A stretch of 64,000 nucleotides of DNA from assembly GCA_030390025.1 (NCBI GenBank), contig JASTWF010000351.1:372001-436000 (forward strand). The letters run 5' to 3'. Of this stretch, positions 1-13,444 are shown in pieces. This stretch comes from Squalus acanthias (Eukaryota). Below the pieces are notes generated by a model. It was given only the letters and a program-made list of their open reading frames with translations, was not told the origin of the DNA and made no database searches. The position numbers and the translations under genes are program-made. Position 1 is the stretch's first letter. Every line of letters starts with the position of its first letter.

Positions 1-2120
1 TCCCCCAATTTAGAACCTTTATTTCCGGTCCATCTTTGTCCTTTTCCATGACTACCTTAAATCTCACCGAGTTATGGTCACTGTCACCAAAATGCTCTCC
101 TACTGACACTTCTACCACTTGCCCGGCAACATTCCCTAGAATTAGGTCCAGTACTGCCCCCTCTCTTGTAGGACTTTCTACATGCTGGCTCAAAAAGCTC
201 TCCTGGGTGCACTTTAAGAATTCCTCACGCTCTAAGCCTTTCACACTCTGACTCTCCCAGTTAATATTGGGGAATTTGAAACCCCCTACTATTATTACCC
301 TATTATTTCTACACTTCTCTGAGATTTGCCTATATATCTGTTCCTCTATCTCCCCCGAATCTTTCGGGGCCTATAATACACTCCCAGCAAAGTGCTTGCC
401 CCCTTTTCGTTTTTAAGTTCTACCCATAAGGCCTCATTAGAGGAACTTGCTAAAATATCATCCCTCCTTACAGCAGTAATTGACTCCTTGATTAATATTG
501 TGACAACCCCTCCTCTTTTACACACCCCTCTGTCTCGCCTGAAGATTCGATACCCCGGAATATTGAGCTGCCAGTCCTGCCCCTCCCTCAACCATGTCTC
601 TGTGATAGCAACAATATCATACTCCCATGTGTTCATCAACACCTTCAATTCATCTGCCTCACTCGCAAGACTCCTTGCATTAAAATAAATGCCACCCAGC
701 CTTGCCATAATCACTTGTGCCATTACATTTTTGCTCTGCCTTCCAGGCTGACTTGTTTTTTCCTCTATATTTGGCTGTGCATCACTCCCTACTATAGCTC
801 CAATCCGTATCCCTTCCCCCTGCTAAGTTAGTTTAACCCCCCCGCTAACAGTACTAGCAAATCTCCCTGCAAGGATGTTGGTCCCGTTCCGGTTCAGGGG
901 CATCCCGTCCGACTTGTACAGGTCCCACCTTCCCCAGAAGCAGACCCAGTGATCCAGGAAACTAAAGCCCTCCCTCCTGCACCAACGCTTTAGCCACGCA
1001 TTCACCTGCTCTATCCTCCTATTGCTATACTCACTAGCACGTGGCACCAGGAGTAATCCAGAGATTATAACCTTTGAGGTCCTGCTTTTTAATCTGCTAC
1101 CTAGCTCCCTAAATTCTTGTTGCAGGTCCTCATCACTCTTTCTACCCATGTCGTTGGTACCAATGTGAACCACGACCTCTGACCGTTCGCCCTCCCCCTT
1201 CAGAAAGCCCTGCAGCCGTTCAGTGACATCCTTGACCCTGGCACCAGGGAGGCAACATACCATTCTGGAGTCACGTCTGCGGCCACAGAAACGTCTCTCT
1301 GTTCCCCTTACGATAGAATCCCCTATCACTATTGCTCTCCCACTCTTTTTCCTCCCCTCCTGTGCCGCTGAGCCACTCGTAGTGCCACGGACTTGGCTCT
1401 TGCTGCATTCCCCTGAGAAACCATCTCCCCCACCAGTATCCAAAACGGAAAATCTGTTGGAGAGGGAGATGGACCCAGGGGACTCCTGCACTACCTACCT
1501 AGTTATTTTACTCTGTCTGGCGGTCACCCATTTCCTGTCTGCCTGTGCACTCTTTACCTGTGTTGTGACCACCTCGTTAAACGTGCTATCCACGAAGATC
1601 TCAGCTTTACGGATGCTCCACAGTGACTCCAGCCGCAGCTCCAGCTCTGAAACGCGGATTTCGAGTAGCTGCAGCTGGAGACACTTCCTGCGCATGTGTC
1701 CACCCTGGACACCGAAAGTGTCCCTGACTTCCCACATTGCACAGGAGGAGCACTCCACGGTGCCGAGCTGCCCTGCCATGTCCCACCCTTAATTGACTCT
1801 CTTTACTTACTTTAAATTAAAGAATATTAAATACACTAGGGACCTTACTTCACTTTAAACACTACTTACTCTAAACTAGAGACCTTACTTTTACTTCAAC
1901 GATAATACTGTAGAAATACTCACCAGGTACTACTTACCAATCAGCTCCTTCCCTGGTAGTGACGTCACTTTATCGCTTTCACAGTTGTTGTTGTTTGACT
2001 GCTCCCGCTCTCGGGCCCTTTTCCCAACTCGCAGCACTCCTCTGCAGCGCTCCTTTATGGCCGTCCCGCCTTCTCTCAGGTCCCGCTGCCGCTCCCACAC
2101 AGGTCCGCCTCCTCCGGTGT
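1..2120 (-). mobile_element. CR1-type LINE, 5' portion (5' UTR, ORF1, start of ORF2), running off the window start
   Basis: ORF1 spans 1779..823 with an in-frame stop at 1495-1497; it has an N-terminal CSSC motif and an SGNH esterase (IGDSIVRG, VHIGTND). ORF2 APE endonuclease begins near 723 (YFNARSL, ITETWL, GVYYRP) and is frameshifted near 355. The 5' boundary is approximate. Confidence 0.9.
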
Positions 2121-4005
2121 CATTATGTGTATCATTTTCTGGTACTGTATGTGAGTGTGGGGTTCATTCTGTGTCTGTCACGCTCCGATACTCTGTGTCA
2201 GTCTGTGATTCAACCTGTACCTGCCAGTCTCTGGTAGGTGAATGTGGGTTTTACTCTGTGCCTGTCAGTTTCTGATGAGAGAGTGTGGGTTTTACACTGT
2301 AACTGTCAGTTTCTGATATGTGAATTTTGGGTTTTACTCTAACAGTCAGTCTCTGATATGTGAGTGTGGGTTTTATTCTGCATCGTTCAATTTCTGTTCT
2401 GTGTGAATGGGTATTATTCTGTGTCTGTCTGTCTTTGGTATTTGAATGCATTTTTTATTCTCTATCTATCAGTGTCTGAACTGTGGGTGTGGGTTTTATG
2501 CTATAACTGGCTGTTTCTGATATGTGATTGTGAGTTTCACTCTGTATCAGTCAGTCTCTGGTTTGTAAATGTGGATTCTATTCTGAACCCATCGATCTCT
2601 GGTATTCTAGTACTGGTTTTACTCTGTACCAGTCAGTTTCTGATACATGAGTGTGGGTTTTCCTTTCTACCTGTCAATTTCTGCAATGCAAGAAAGGGTT
2701 TACTCTGAATCTGTAAGTTTCTGGTACGTGAGTGTGGGTTTTCGTCTTTATCTGTCAGTCTCTGCTATGTGAATGTCTTTTTCACTATCTTATTTTTCTG
2801 CAATGCAAAGGTGTGTTTTATTATTTTCCTGTCAGCTTCTGGTATGTGAGTTTGGATTTCTTCTGTGTCAGTCAGTCACTGGTGAATGAGTGTGAGTTTA
2901 TTCTGTCTCTGTCAGTTTCTGGTATCTGAGTGTGCGTTTTTCGTTGTACCTGTCAGTGTCTGGTTTGTGAGGACGGGCTTTATTCTGTACCTTTTGGTTT
3001 CTTGTATGTGTGAGTGGGTTATATTATGTCCTTTTAATTTCTATTGTATGAGTGAGGATTTCAATAAAAATTGCTAGTTTCTGGGATGTGTGTGTGAGTT
3101 TTACTCTGTATTTGTTGGTCTCTGGTATGTGAAAATGGGACTTACTCTGTATCTCTCAGTCTTTGGTGTGTGAGTGAGCGTTTTACTCTGTAGCTGTCAT
3201 TCTCTGGGATGTGAGTGTGGGTTTTACTCTGTATATGTCATAATCTGGGATGTGAGTGTGGGTTTTACTCTGTATATGTCATAATCTGGGATGTGTGGGG
3301 GGTTTACTCTGTATCTGTCATACTGTGGGATATGTGTGTGGATTTTACTCTACATCATTCATACTCTTGGATGTGTGTACGTGTTTTACTCTCTATCTGT
3401 TAGACTTTGATGTGCGAAGGTGGATTTCATTTTATATCTGTCATTTTCTGGTTTCTGAGTGTCGGTTTAAATCTTTACCTGTCAGTCTCTGGCATGGAAG
3501 TGTGGGTGGTCATTCTGTACCTGATAGTCTCTGATGTGTGAGTGTGGCTTTATTCTGTATCTGTGAGGCTCGTGGGGCCGTATGGCCTACTCTCTTTCTC
3601 TCTCCACGGATGCTGCCTGGCCTGCTGAGTTTTTCCAGCGTTTTCTGTTGTTATTTCGGATTTCCAGCATCCGCAGTATTTTGCTATCGTATGGCCTACT
3701 CCTGTTTCTAATTCTAATATTTCTGGGATGTGAGTGTGGGGTTTTTCTGTAATTGTCAGTTTCTGCCACATGAATGTGTGTTTTACTCTGTACCTGTCTG
3801 TCTCTGGGATGTGAGTGTGGGTTTTTCTTTGCACCACTCAGTTTCTGGTATGTGAATGTCGGCTTTAATTTGTACCTGTGGTTTCTGGTATGTGTGAGTG
3901 TGTTGTATTATATATCTGTCAGTTTCTGTTATATGATTGAGGATTTTACTCTGTCACTGAAAATGTCTGGTATGTGATTGTGGGTTTTCCTCCGTCCCTA
4001 TTCAG
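2120..4005 (+). repeat. Degenerate ~40-bp satellite-like tandem repeat
   Basis: Diverged monomers of tgtgagtgtgggttttactctgtacctgtcagtttctggta recur throughout. Confidence 0.8.
3591..3690 (+). mobile_element. Short PLE family A terminal-repeat fragment inserted into a CR1 tail relic
   Basis: Matches 13453-13554. Flanked by the direct repeat cgtatggcctactc (3579-3592 and 3688-3701). The paralogous site near 59915 is empty. Confidence 0.85.
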
Positions 4006-4710
4006 TGGGATTTGAGTGTCCTTTTACACGACTCGCAAAAAGTTAACATGCAGATAAAACAATCAGTTAGGAAGGTAAATGGTATGTTAGCCTTTATTGC
4101 AAAGGGCTTGCAGTAAAAGTATAAATAAGTGTAGCTGCAATTATATCGGCCTTTGGTTATATCACAACTGGAGTACTTTGCACATTTGGTCTCCTTATCT
4201 AAGGCAGAATATACATGCTTTAGAGGGGGTGCAACAAATGTTCATGAGATTGATTCTTGGGATGAAAGGGCTGGCCTATGAGGAGAGATTGCCTAAAATG
4301 GAGCATATATTCCCTGGAGTTTAGAAGAATGAGAGGTGATCTCAATGAAACATTTCAAATTCTTAGCAGGCTTGACAGGGGTAGATGCTGCGAGGCTGTT
4401 TTCCCTGGTAGGAAAGTCTAGAACTAGGTGCCATAGTCTCATGATTTGGACTGAGATGATGAGAAATGTATTCACTCAGAGGGTTGTGAGTCTTGTGGAA
4501 TTCTCTATTGCATAGGGCTGTGGATGATCCGTCGATGAGTGTATTCAAGACTGAGATTGGTAGATTTTTGGGCACTAATGGATTCAAGGGATACAGGGAG
4601 AGAGTGGGAAAGTGGAGTTGATGTTGATGTTCAGCTATGTTGTTATTGAATGGCGGAGCAGCTTGATGGACTGTATGACATATTCCTGCTCCTATTTCTT
4701 ATTTTCTTAT
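4005..4710 (+). mobile_element. Decayed CR1 3' fragment
   Basis: Remnants of WSPYLR and YEERL plus the CR1 tail gaatggcggagcag...cctgctcctatttctt. Paralog at ~60228-60915. Confidence 0.85.
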
Positions 4711-5277
4711 AGCTGACACTTTCTGGAATGTGAGTGTGGATTTTATTCTGTACCTGTCAGTCTCTGGGATGTGAGTGTTGTTTTATTTCAGTATCTTCAG
4801 TTTCTGCTATGCAAAATTTAGATTTATTATGCACCTGTTATCTTCTGGTATGTGAGAGTATGTTTCACTCTGTATATGACAGTCTCTGGAATGTGATTGT
4901 GGGGTTTATGCTGTACCTTTCAATTTCTGTTGTAAGATTAATGGTTTTATTCAGTGCCTGACAGTTTGTGGGATGGGAATGTGGAATTTAGTCTGCATCT
5001 GTAATTCACTGGTTTGTGAGTAATGATATTAACATGCATCTGTTATTCTCTGGTGCCTGCGTTTTGTTTTCCTCTTTATCATTCAGAGTCTGGAATGTGA
5101 GTGTGGGCTTTACTCTGTACCTGTCAGACTCTGGGATTTTATTCTGTATCTGTCACCTTCTGGTGTGCGAGTGTGTATTTCACTTTGTTTCTTTCTGTCT
5201 CTTGTATGTGAGTGTGGTATTATCTCTGCAAATGTCAGGTTCTTGTACATGAGTGGGGTTTTATGCTGTATTGTCAA

Positions 5278-7978
5278 TGTTAAAGAGGGGATTAACACAA
5301 TTGAAAGGAAGGATATTATCTCTGATGATGTGGAATCTGTATGGGTAGAACTGAGAAATAACAAGGGGCAGAAAACGTTAGTGGGAGTGGTATATAGACC
5401 TCCAAATAGTAAAACGGAGGTTGGGGATGGCATTAAAAGGGAAATTAGAGAAGCATGCAGTAAGGGCACAGCAGTCATCATGGGTGACTTTAATTTACAT
5501 ATAGATTGGGCTAACCAAATTAGTAAAAATACTGTGGAGTAGGAATTCCTAGAATGTTTACGGGATGGTTTTCTGGAACAATATGTCGAGGAACCAACCA
5601 GAGATCAGGCCATCTTAGACTGGGTATTATGTAACGAGAAAGGATTAATTAGCAATCTTGTTGTACGAGGCCCCTTGGGTCAGAGTGATCATAATATGAT
5701 AGAATTCTTCATTGGGATGGAGAGTGAAGTAGTTGAATCAGAGACTAGGGTCCTGAATTTAAATAAAGGAAACTACGATGGTATGAGGCGCGAATTGGGT
5801 AGGATTGATTGGGGAATGTCACTCAAGGGGTTGACGGTGGATAGGCAATGGCAAACATTCAAAGATTGCATGGATGAACTCCAGAATTTGTTCATCCCAG
5901 TGTGGCATAAGAATAAAACAGAAAGGGTGAATCAACCGTGGCTAACAAGGGAAATTAGGGATAGCATAAGATTCAAGGAGAAGGCATATAAATTGGCCAG
6001 AAAAAGCGGTAACCCTGAGGATTGGGAGCAGTTTAGGATTCAACAAAGGAGGACAAAGGGATTAATTAAAAAGGGGAAAATAGAATATGAAAGTAAGCTT
6101 GCTGGGAACATAAAAACTGACTGTAAGTACTTTTATAGATATGTGAAGAGAAAAAGATTAGTGAAATCAAGTGTAGGTCCCTTGTAGTCAGAAGCGGGGG
6201 AAGTTATAATGGGGAACAAAGAAATGGCAGACCAATTAAATGCATATTTTGGTTCTGTCTTCACAAAGGAGGACACAAATAACCTCCCAGAGATGTTGGA
6301 GAACATACTGTCTGATGAAAGGGAGGAACTGAAAGAAATCATTATTTGCAGGGAAATAGTGTTAGGGAAATTGACGGGATTGAAGGCCGATAAATCCCCA
6401 GGGCCTGATAATCTACATCCTAGGGTACTTAAGGAAGTGACCATGAAATAGTAGATGCATTGCTGATCATCTTCCAACATTCGATGGAATCTGGAACTGT
6501 ACCCATGGATTGGAGAGTAGCTAATGTTAACCCACTATTCAAAAATGGTGGTAGAGAGAAAGCGGGGAATTACAGACCGATAAGCCTGACATCGGTAGTG
6601 GGGAAAATGCTAGAGTCCATTATAAAGGATGTAATAGCTGAGCACTTGAAAAACAGTGACAGGATCGGACAAAGTCAACATGGATTTACAAAAGGTAAAT
6701 CGTGCTTGACTAATCTACTGGAATTTTTTGAGGATGTAACTGGGAAAATAGGTAAGGGAGAACCAGTAGATGTGGTGTATTTGGACTTACAAAAGGCTTT
6801 CGATAAGGTCCCGCATAAGAGATTAGCGTGTAAAGTTAAGGCACATGGGATTGGGGGCAAGGTATTGACATGGATAGAGAACTGGTTGGCGGACATAAAG
6901 CTGACAGTAGGAATTAATGGGTCGTTTTCCGAGTGGCAAGCAGTGACTAGTGGGGTACCGCAGGGATCGGTCCTTGGACCCCAGCTATTCACAATATACA
7001 TTAATGATCGAGATAAGGGAACTAAATGTAATATCTCCAAGTTTGCAGATGACACAAAGCTGGGTGGGAGTGTGTGCTGCGTGGAGGATACCGAGAAACT
7101 TCAGGATGATTTGGACAGGTTGGGTGAGTGAGCAGAAGCGTGGCAGATGCAATATAACGTGGATAAATGCGAGGTTATCCACTTTTGTGTCAAAAACAGA
7201 AAGGCAGACTATTATCTGAATGGCAATAGATTGGGAGAAAGGGAAGTGCAACGAGACCTGGGTGTCCTTGTGCACCAGTCGCTGAAAGTAAGCATGCAGG
7301 TGCAGCAGGCGGTGAAGAAGGCAAATGGTATGCTGACCTTCATAGCGAAAGGGTTTGAGTATTGGAACAGGGATGTCCTGCTGCAGTTGTACAGGGTCTT
7401 GGTGAGACCACACCTTGAGTACTGTGTGCAGTTTTGGTCGCCTTATCTGAGGAAGGATGTTCTTGCCATGGAAGGATTTCAGCGAAGATTCACAAGGCTG
7501 ATACTTGGGGTGGCAGGAATGACATATGGGGAGAGATTGGGTTGATTGGGCTTATACTCGCTGGATTATAGAAGAACGAGAGGGGATCTCATCGAAACAT
7601 ATGAAATTCTGACAGGTCTGGACAAACTAGATGCAGGAAGAATGTTCCCGATGGTCGGAGAGTCCAGAACCAGGGGTCATAATCTAAGGATAAGGGGTAA
7701 TCCATTTAGGACTGAAATGAGGAAGAATTTCTTCACCCAGAGAGTGGTGAACCTGTGGAATTCTCTACCACAGAAGGTAGTTGAGGCCAAGTCATTAAAT
7801 ATATTGAAGAATGAGTTAGATATATTTCTTAAAGCTAAAGGTATCAAGGGATATGGGGAGAAGGCAGGTACAGGGTACTGAGTGTGGATGATCAGCCATG
7901 ATCTCATCGAATGGCGGAGCAGGCTCGAGGGGCCGAATGGCCTACTCCTGCTCCAAACTTCTATGTTTCTATGTTTCT
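5278..7978 (+). mobile_element. 5'-truncated CR1 LINE (ORF2 APE-RT with several nonsense codons)
   Basis: [25 protein letters not shown] and FADDTKL motifs; (ttctatgt)n tail at ~7960-7978. Very similar to 56174-58860. Confidence 0.95.
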
Positions 7979-8637
7979 GTTGTATTAGTAAGAGTTATAA
8001 TCATGAGTTTGAGTTTCACTCTGTATCTGTCAGTCTCTTTTAAGTGAGTTTTGATTTTATCTATAGATGTCAACCTGGCATGTGAGTGTGGGTTTTATTC
8101 TATAGCTATCGGACTCTAGGATGTGTGTGTGGATTTTACTCTAACTCAGTTTCTAGTATATGGATGTAGTGTTTTGTCTGTACCTGTCAGTTTCTGGCGT
8201 GATTGTGGATTTTACTTTGTACCTGTCTGTCTCTGTTTTGTGAGTGTGGGCTTTATTCTGTAGCTGTCAGTTCTGTTACTGTTTGTGAGTGTGGGATTGA
8301 CTTTTACCTGTTCGACTGGTAAAGATAGTGAGTGTGAGAATTACTATGTAATTGACAGTCTCTTGTATTGTACTGTAGTTGCTCTGTGTAACTGTTGGAT
8401 TCCATTCCTTCTCCACCTTGTGTAGGCCAATGCTCGTTTGAGATTATCTGTGACTGTCTCAGGAGGAGGTTTGGTTCAGTACATTATCTCCGATTCTCTA
8501 GTCTTGTCTGCTAGTGATTCTGTCTCCACCCAGCTCTCACACACTCTGCCTTTCTCAACTAGATCAGGGCTGGCTTCATAAATTCATCAAGACGGCGAGA
8601 TTTTATTATTCAGTTTATATTCCTGTGAAGAAACGTC

Positions 8638-8764
8638 ATAACTGTACGAGGTAAAGGAGGCAAAGGACTGGGTAAAGGTGAAGCCAAGCGGCACCGTAAT
8701 GTGCTCCGTGACAACATCCAGGGCATCATCAAACCAGCCATACGCCACCTGGCTCGCCGTGGGG
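8638..8764 (+). pseudogene. H4: Histone H4 5' fragment pseudogene
   Basis: Start codon mutated to ATA, then [41 protein letters not shown]; truncated afterwards. Confidence 0.9.
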
Positions 8765-8880
8765 CAGTTTCATTAATTTTCTGATAATGTCCTCACCAGA
8801 TTGATGGGACATAAGCCCGAATGAATAAACTGACTAAATCGGTGCATTAAACTGGCGGCTCCTTTAGAGTGGCTGTGGGT

Positions 8881-9070
8881 GGCTCTTAAAAGAGCCGTTG
8901 TGTGTTCTGTAGCTTTGTCAGTAAATTGTGGAGTTTTGCCTGGAGCTGGCGTAATTGTTCACTCCGTGCTTGGCGAGCTCCCCGGGCAGCACCAGACTCA
9001 CGGCGGTCTGGATGTGTGGAAACAATCCGCACACTCCAAACTTTTGGAGCTTGTCGCCATCTCCTGGCTG
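8881..9070 (-). pseudogene. H2B: Histone H2B 3' relic with intact stem-loop
   Basis: [16 protein letters not shown] remnant; stem-loop GGCTCTTTTAAGAGCC at 8881-8896 on the minus strand. Confidence 0.85.
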
Positions 9071-9369
9071 AAAGCGAGTACTGCAACAAGTGACAATCAT
9101 TCAGCAAAAAACATTTAAAATGCACCGTGTTTATGTTCAGCTGAAAACCATTGCAATGTATTTTATTGGTCCAGCTGTAAACTCTAAACAACCATTAAAA
9201 GCAGATGGACGCGGTCACCCGATTCTAGTCTGAACAGTGTGGTTGATCATTGAGTGTGGGATAGACACTTCCACTTTCACTCTGGAACTATGTGTCAATG
9301 TGGGATTCACTGGTGAATGTCGGATAGATACTGAATCTGTCACTCTCCGGTACAGTGTGTCAGTGAGGG

Positions 9370-12300
9370 ATATATCCGCGAGGCTGAGAACTTCGTGGAT
9401 ATCACGTTTCAGGAGGTGGTCACTGGACAGCTTAAGAGTGTGCAGGCAGAGAGGGAATGGGTGACCGCCGGACAGAAGAGGAGGACCAGGCAGGTAGGGC
9501 AGGAATCCCCTGAGTGCATCTCGCTCGCTAACCGGTTTTCAGCTCTGAATACTCTTGGGGGCGATGGTTCCTCTGGGGAGTGCAGCCAGAGCCAAGTCCC
9601 TGGGACCATGGGTGGCTCAGTTGCACAGGGGGGAGGGAGAAGAGTGGAAGATCAATAGTCATAGTGGAGTTGAGAGTTAGGGGAGCAGACATGTTAGTAC
9701 TGGTGGAGAACGTTTAAACTAGCTTGACAGGGGGATGGGAACCTGAGAGTAGATTCAGAAGGGAGAGAAGCAAAGCTGGAAATGGAAGGCAGGAAATTAG
9801 TATGCGTGTTTGGAAGGCAGAGGAAACAAAGGCTGGAAAATAGACAACAAGGGAGTTTGGCAGTGCTAAATGGTATATACTTCGACGCAAGGAGTCTAGG
9901 GAATAAAGCAGATGAGCTGAGGGCACAGATTGACACGTGGGTGTATGATATTATACCCATTACTGAGACATGGCTGAAAGAAGGGCAGGAATGGCAGCTC
10001 AACATTCCTGGTTACATAAAGGTAATCTGTGTGTGGAGGCGGAAGACATGGGTATGGTTCTTAATGAATACTTTGCGTCTGTTTTCACAAACGAGAGGGA
10101 CGATGCAGACATTGCAATCAGGGAGGAGGAATCTGAAATATTAGATGAAATAAGCATAGTGAAAGAGGAAATATTAAGGGGTTTAAAATCTTTGAAAGTG
10201 GATAAATCACCAGGTCCGGATGAAATGTATCCCAGACTGTTAAGAGAAGTAAGAGGAAATAGGAGAGGCTCTGACCATCATTTTCCAATCCTCTCTGGCT
10301 ACAGGAGAGGTACTGGAGGACTGCTAATATGGTACCGTTGTTTAAAAAGGGAGAAAGGGATAGACGGAGTAATTACAGGCCAGTCAGCCTAACCTCGGTG
10401 GTGGGAAAATTATTGGAAAAAATTCTGAGGGACAGGATAAATCTTAATTTAGAAAGACATGGATTAATCAGGAGCAGTCAGCGTGGATTTGTTAAGGGAA
10501 GGGCATGTCTGACTAACTTGATTGAATTTTTTGAGGAGGTAACAACGAGGGTCGATGAGAGTAGTGCATTTGATAGAAACGTAGAAGATAGGAGCAGGAG
10601 TAGGCCATTCGGCCCCTTGAGCCACGGCGCCATTTAAAGAGATCATGGCTGATCATCCAAATTCAGTACCCTGTCCCTGCTTTCTCCCCATATCGCTTGA
10701 TCCCTTTAGCCTTAAGAAATATATCTAACTCCTTCTTGAATATATTTAATGAATTGGCCTCAACTGCCTTCTGTGGTAGAGAATTCCACAGGTTCACCAC
10801 TCTCTGGGTGAATAAATTCCTCCTCAGCTCTGTCCTAAATGGCTTACCCCTTATCCTTAGACTGTGACCCCTGGTTCTGGAATCCTCCGCCATCGGGAAC
10901 ATCCTGCCTGCATCTAGTCTGTCTAGTCCTGTTAGAATTTTATAAGTTTCAATGAGATCCCCTCTCATTCTTCTAAACTCCAGCGAATATAAGCCCAATC
11001 GACCCAATCTCTCCTCATACGTCATTCTTGCCATCCCAGGTATCAGTCTGGTGAATCTTCGCTGCACTCTCTCCATGGCAAGAACATCCTTCCACATAAA
11101 AGGCGACCAAAACTGCATACAATACACAAGGTGTGGTCTATATGTAGTCTATATGGATTTTAGCAAGGCTTTTGATAAGGTCCCGCATGGCAGACTGGTC
11201 ATGAAAGTAAAAGCCCATGGGATCCAAGGCAAAGTGGCAAGTTGGATCCAAAATTGGCTCAGAGGCAGGAAACAAAGTATAATGGGTGAAGGGTATTTTT
11301 TGATTGGAAGGCTGTTTCCAGTGGGGTTCTGAAGGGTTCAGTACTGGGTCCTAATTTTATTGTGGTATATATCAATGATTTAGACTTGAATGTGGGAAGT
11401 ATGATTAAGAATTGGCCGTGTGGTTGATAATGAAGAAGAAAGCTGTAGACTGCAGGAAGATATCAATGGACTTGTCAGGTGGGCAGAACAGAGGCAAATG
11501 GGATTCAATCCGGAGAAGTGTGGTGTAATGCATTTGGGGAGAGCTCACAAAATAAATGGTAGGATACTGGAAAGTGCAGAGGATCAGAGGGTCCTTAGAG
11601 TGCATGTCGACAGATCCCTGAAGGTAGCAGGACAGTTAGATGAAATGGTTAAGAAGGCATACTGGATACTTTCCTTTATTAACCGAGGCATAGAATATAA
11701 GAGCAGGGAAGTTATGCTTGAACTGTATAAAACACTAGTTAGGCCGCAGCTAGAATCCTGCGTGCAGTTCTGGTCACCACATTACAGGAATGATGTGATT
11801 GCACTTGAGAGGGTGCAGACGAGATTTACGAGGATGTTGCCTGGGCTGGGGAATGTTAGCTATGAGGAAAGATTGAATAGGCTGGGGTTGTTTTCTTTCG
11901 AACAGAAGAGGCTGAGGGGAGATTTAATTGAGATGTATAAAATGATGAGGGGCCTAGATAGAGGGATAGGAAGGACCTATTTCCCTTAACAGAAGGGTCA
12001 ATATGCAGGGGGTATAGATTTAAACTAATTGGCCAGAGGTTTAGAGGGGATTTGAGGAGAATTTCTTTCACCCACAGGGTGATGGGGGACTGGAACTCAC
12101 TGCCTGAAAGGGTTGTAGAGTCAGAGACCCTCATCACATTTAAAAAGTTCGAGGATATGCATTGAAGTGCCGTAACCTACAAGGCTATGGACCAAGTGCT
12201 GGAAAGTGGCATTAGGGTGGATAGCACTTTGTCATCCGGCACGGACAAGATGGGCTGAATGGCCTCACTGTGCTATAAATTTCTAGGATTCGATGATTAT
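9370..12300 (+). mobile_element. Internally deleted, decayed CR1 LINE (ORF1, APE, RT and 3' pieces) hosting a nested insertion
   Basis: ORF1-like 9395-9658, YFDARSL/ITETWL at 9870-10010, [35 protein letters not shown], and a tail near 12260-12295. Confidence 0.85.
10574..11138 (-). mobile_element. CR1 3' fragment nested antisense in the host CR1
   Basis: ORF 11127..10663 ends IKRYGEKAGTGY and is followed by a CR1 tail. It splits the host AFD/VVYMDF motif. Confidence 0.9.
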
Positions 12301-12699
12301 ACTCCAAGCGTCAGTCTGTAAATCTCTTCCTTGGGCAAGAGAACCTCACCTGACCTTCTGCCTGACCTGATGCTGCCTTTCTCACACCGTTTAATTTAAC
12401 ACGTTTCTTATATGTCACTGCTGCTGTAACGACATTAGTTATTTTAGTAATACCTTCCCCTGGAGCATCCATAACCCTGCTTGTGACCTGAAATCTGCTC
12501 TTCTCCCTTTTTTGTGCTTCGTAATTAGCATTTTTAATATTGTTTCTGACTGAAAACTCATGTATTAGTTGAAAGTTCTTTTTAATCCTATGGGAGACGC
12601 ACATAGATGATGAACGTATTTTGTCAATTTTAATTAATTGCATAAACAAGGTACCATAAATCAGTTCTGAGCTGCGAGTGGTATTAAAAGTACCTCGTT

Positions 12700-12771
12700 T
12701 GCGATGGCCGGGAATCGAACCCGTATCAACTGCTTGGAAAGCAGCTATGCTCACCACTATACCACCATCGC
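12700..12771 (-). tRNA. tRNA-Gly(TCC), possibly impaired (one T-stem mismatch)
   Basis: GCGATGGTGGTATAGTGGTGAGCATAGCTGCTTTCCAAGCAGTTGATACGGGTTCGATTCCCGGCCATCGCA: 7-bp acceptor stem, TCC anticodon, A and B boxes, and TTTT about 11 nt downstream. Confidence 0.85.
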
Positions 12772-12844
12772 CCACATGTGCTCAATTTATATTTAAGTAC
12801 TATTTACTTCTTTCGGCTCTTAAGCGGGACAAATAAGATACTTA

Positions 12845-12966
12845 GCAAAAGCAAAATACTGCGGATGCTGGAAATCTGAAATAGAAACAGAAAATGCTGT
12901 AAATACTCAGCAGGTCATGCAGCATATATGGAGAGAGAAGCAGATTTAACGTTTCAGGTCGATGAC
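12845..12966 (-). mobile_element. Short PLE family A-like terminal fragment, truncated in hammerhead stem II
   Basis: gcaaaatactgcggatgctggaaatc...ttaacgtttcaggtcgatgac, the reverse complement of the family A terminus. Confidence 0.8.
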
Positions 12967-13159
12967 GAAAACCCCATTTATTATTTTAAAATTCCATATA
13001 ATTTAAAAAATAGTTATCGACAAAAATAAATTGAAAAATAATTTTATGGGAGAAGCAAATGGATGATGAAAGTGTTTTGTAAATTTTAGAGAAATGGCAT
13101 TTGCTGGAAGGTATTAAACTGCAACAGTGTGACCTAAACTGTGTCAACAGGAGCCTGGC

Positions 13160-13232
13160 AGCGATGCCGCGAATGGAACCCCAATCAACTCGCTAGGAAT
13201 TGTTGCTCAGCTCACCACTACACCACCATCGC
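13160..13232 (-). pseudogene. Degenerate tRNA-Gly pseudogene
   Basis: Same termini as 12700-12771 (gcgatg...caccaccatcgc) with a decayed interior. Confidence 0.7.
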
Positions 13233-13444
13233 TCTAATTTTAAAATGTAAGCCCCTGTATTTACAGATCGCTCGCTAAAGGTTTTTGGAACTTTAGTCAG
13301 GACGAGTAAAACATTTTGCAATCATTTCAATCTGAACGTAAACAAGGTGTTCAGGTTATTTCGCTCCAATTTAATATAGTTGCTGATGAATGGTTATCTT
13401 GTTGCACTACTGGGTAGCAGCCAGGAGATGGCACCAAACTCCAA

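Noticed and set aside
12311..12775. 154-aa ORF
   Set aside because: It begins inside the tRNA-Gly gene and has no recognisable homology.
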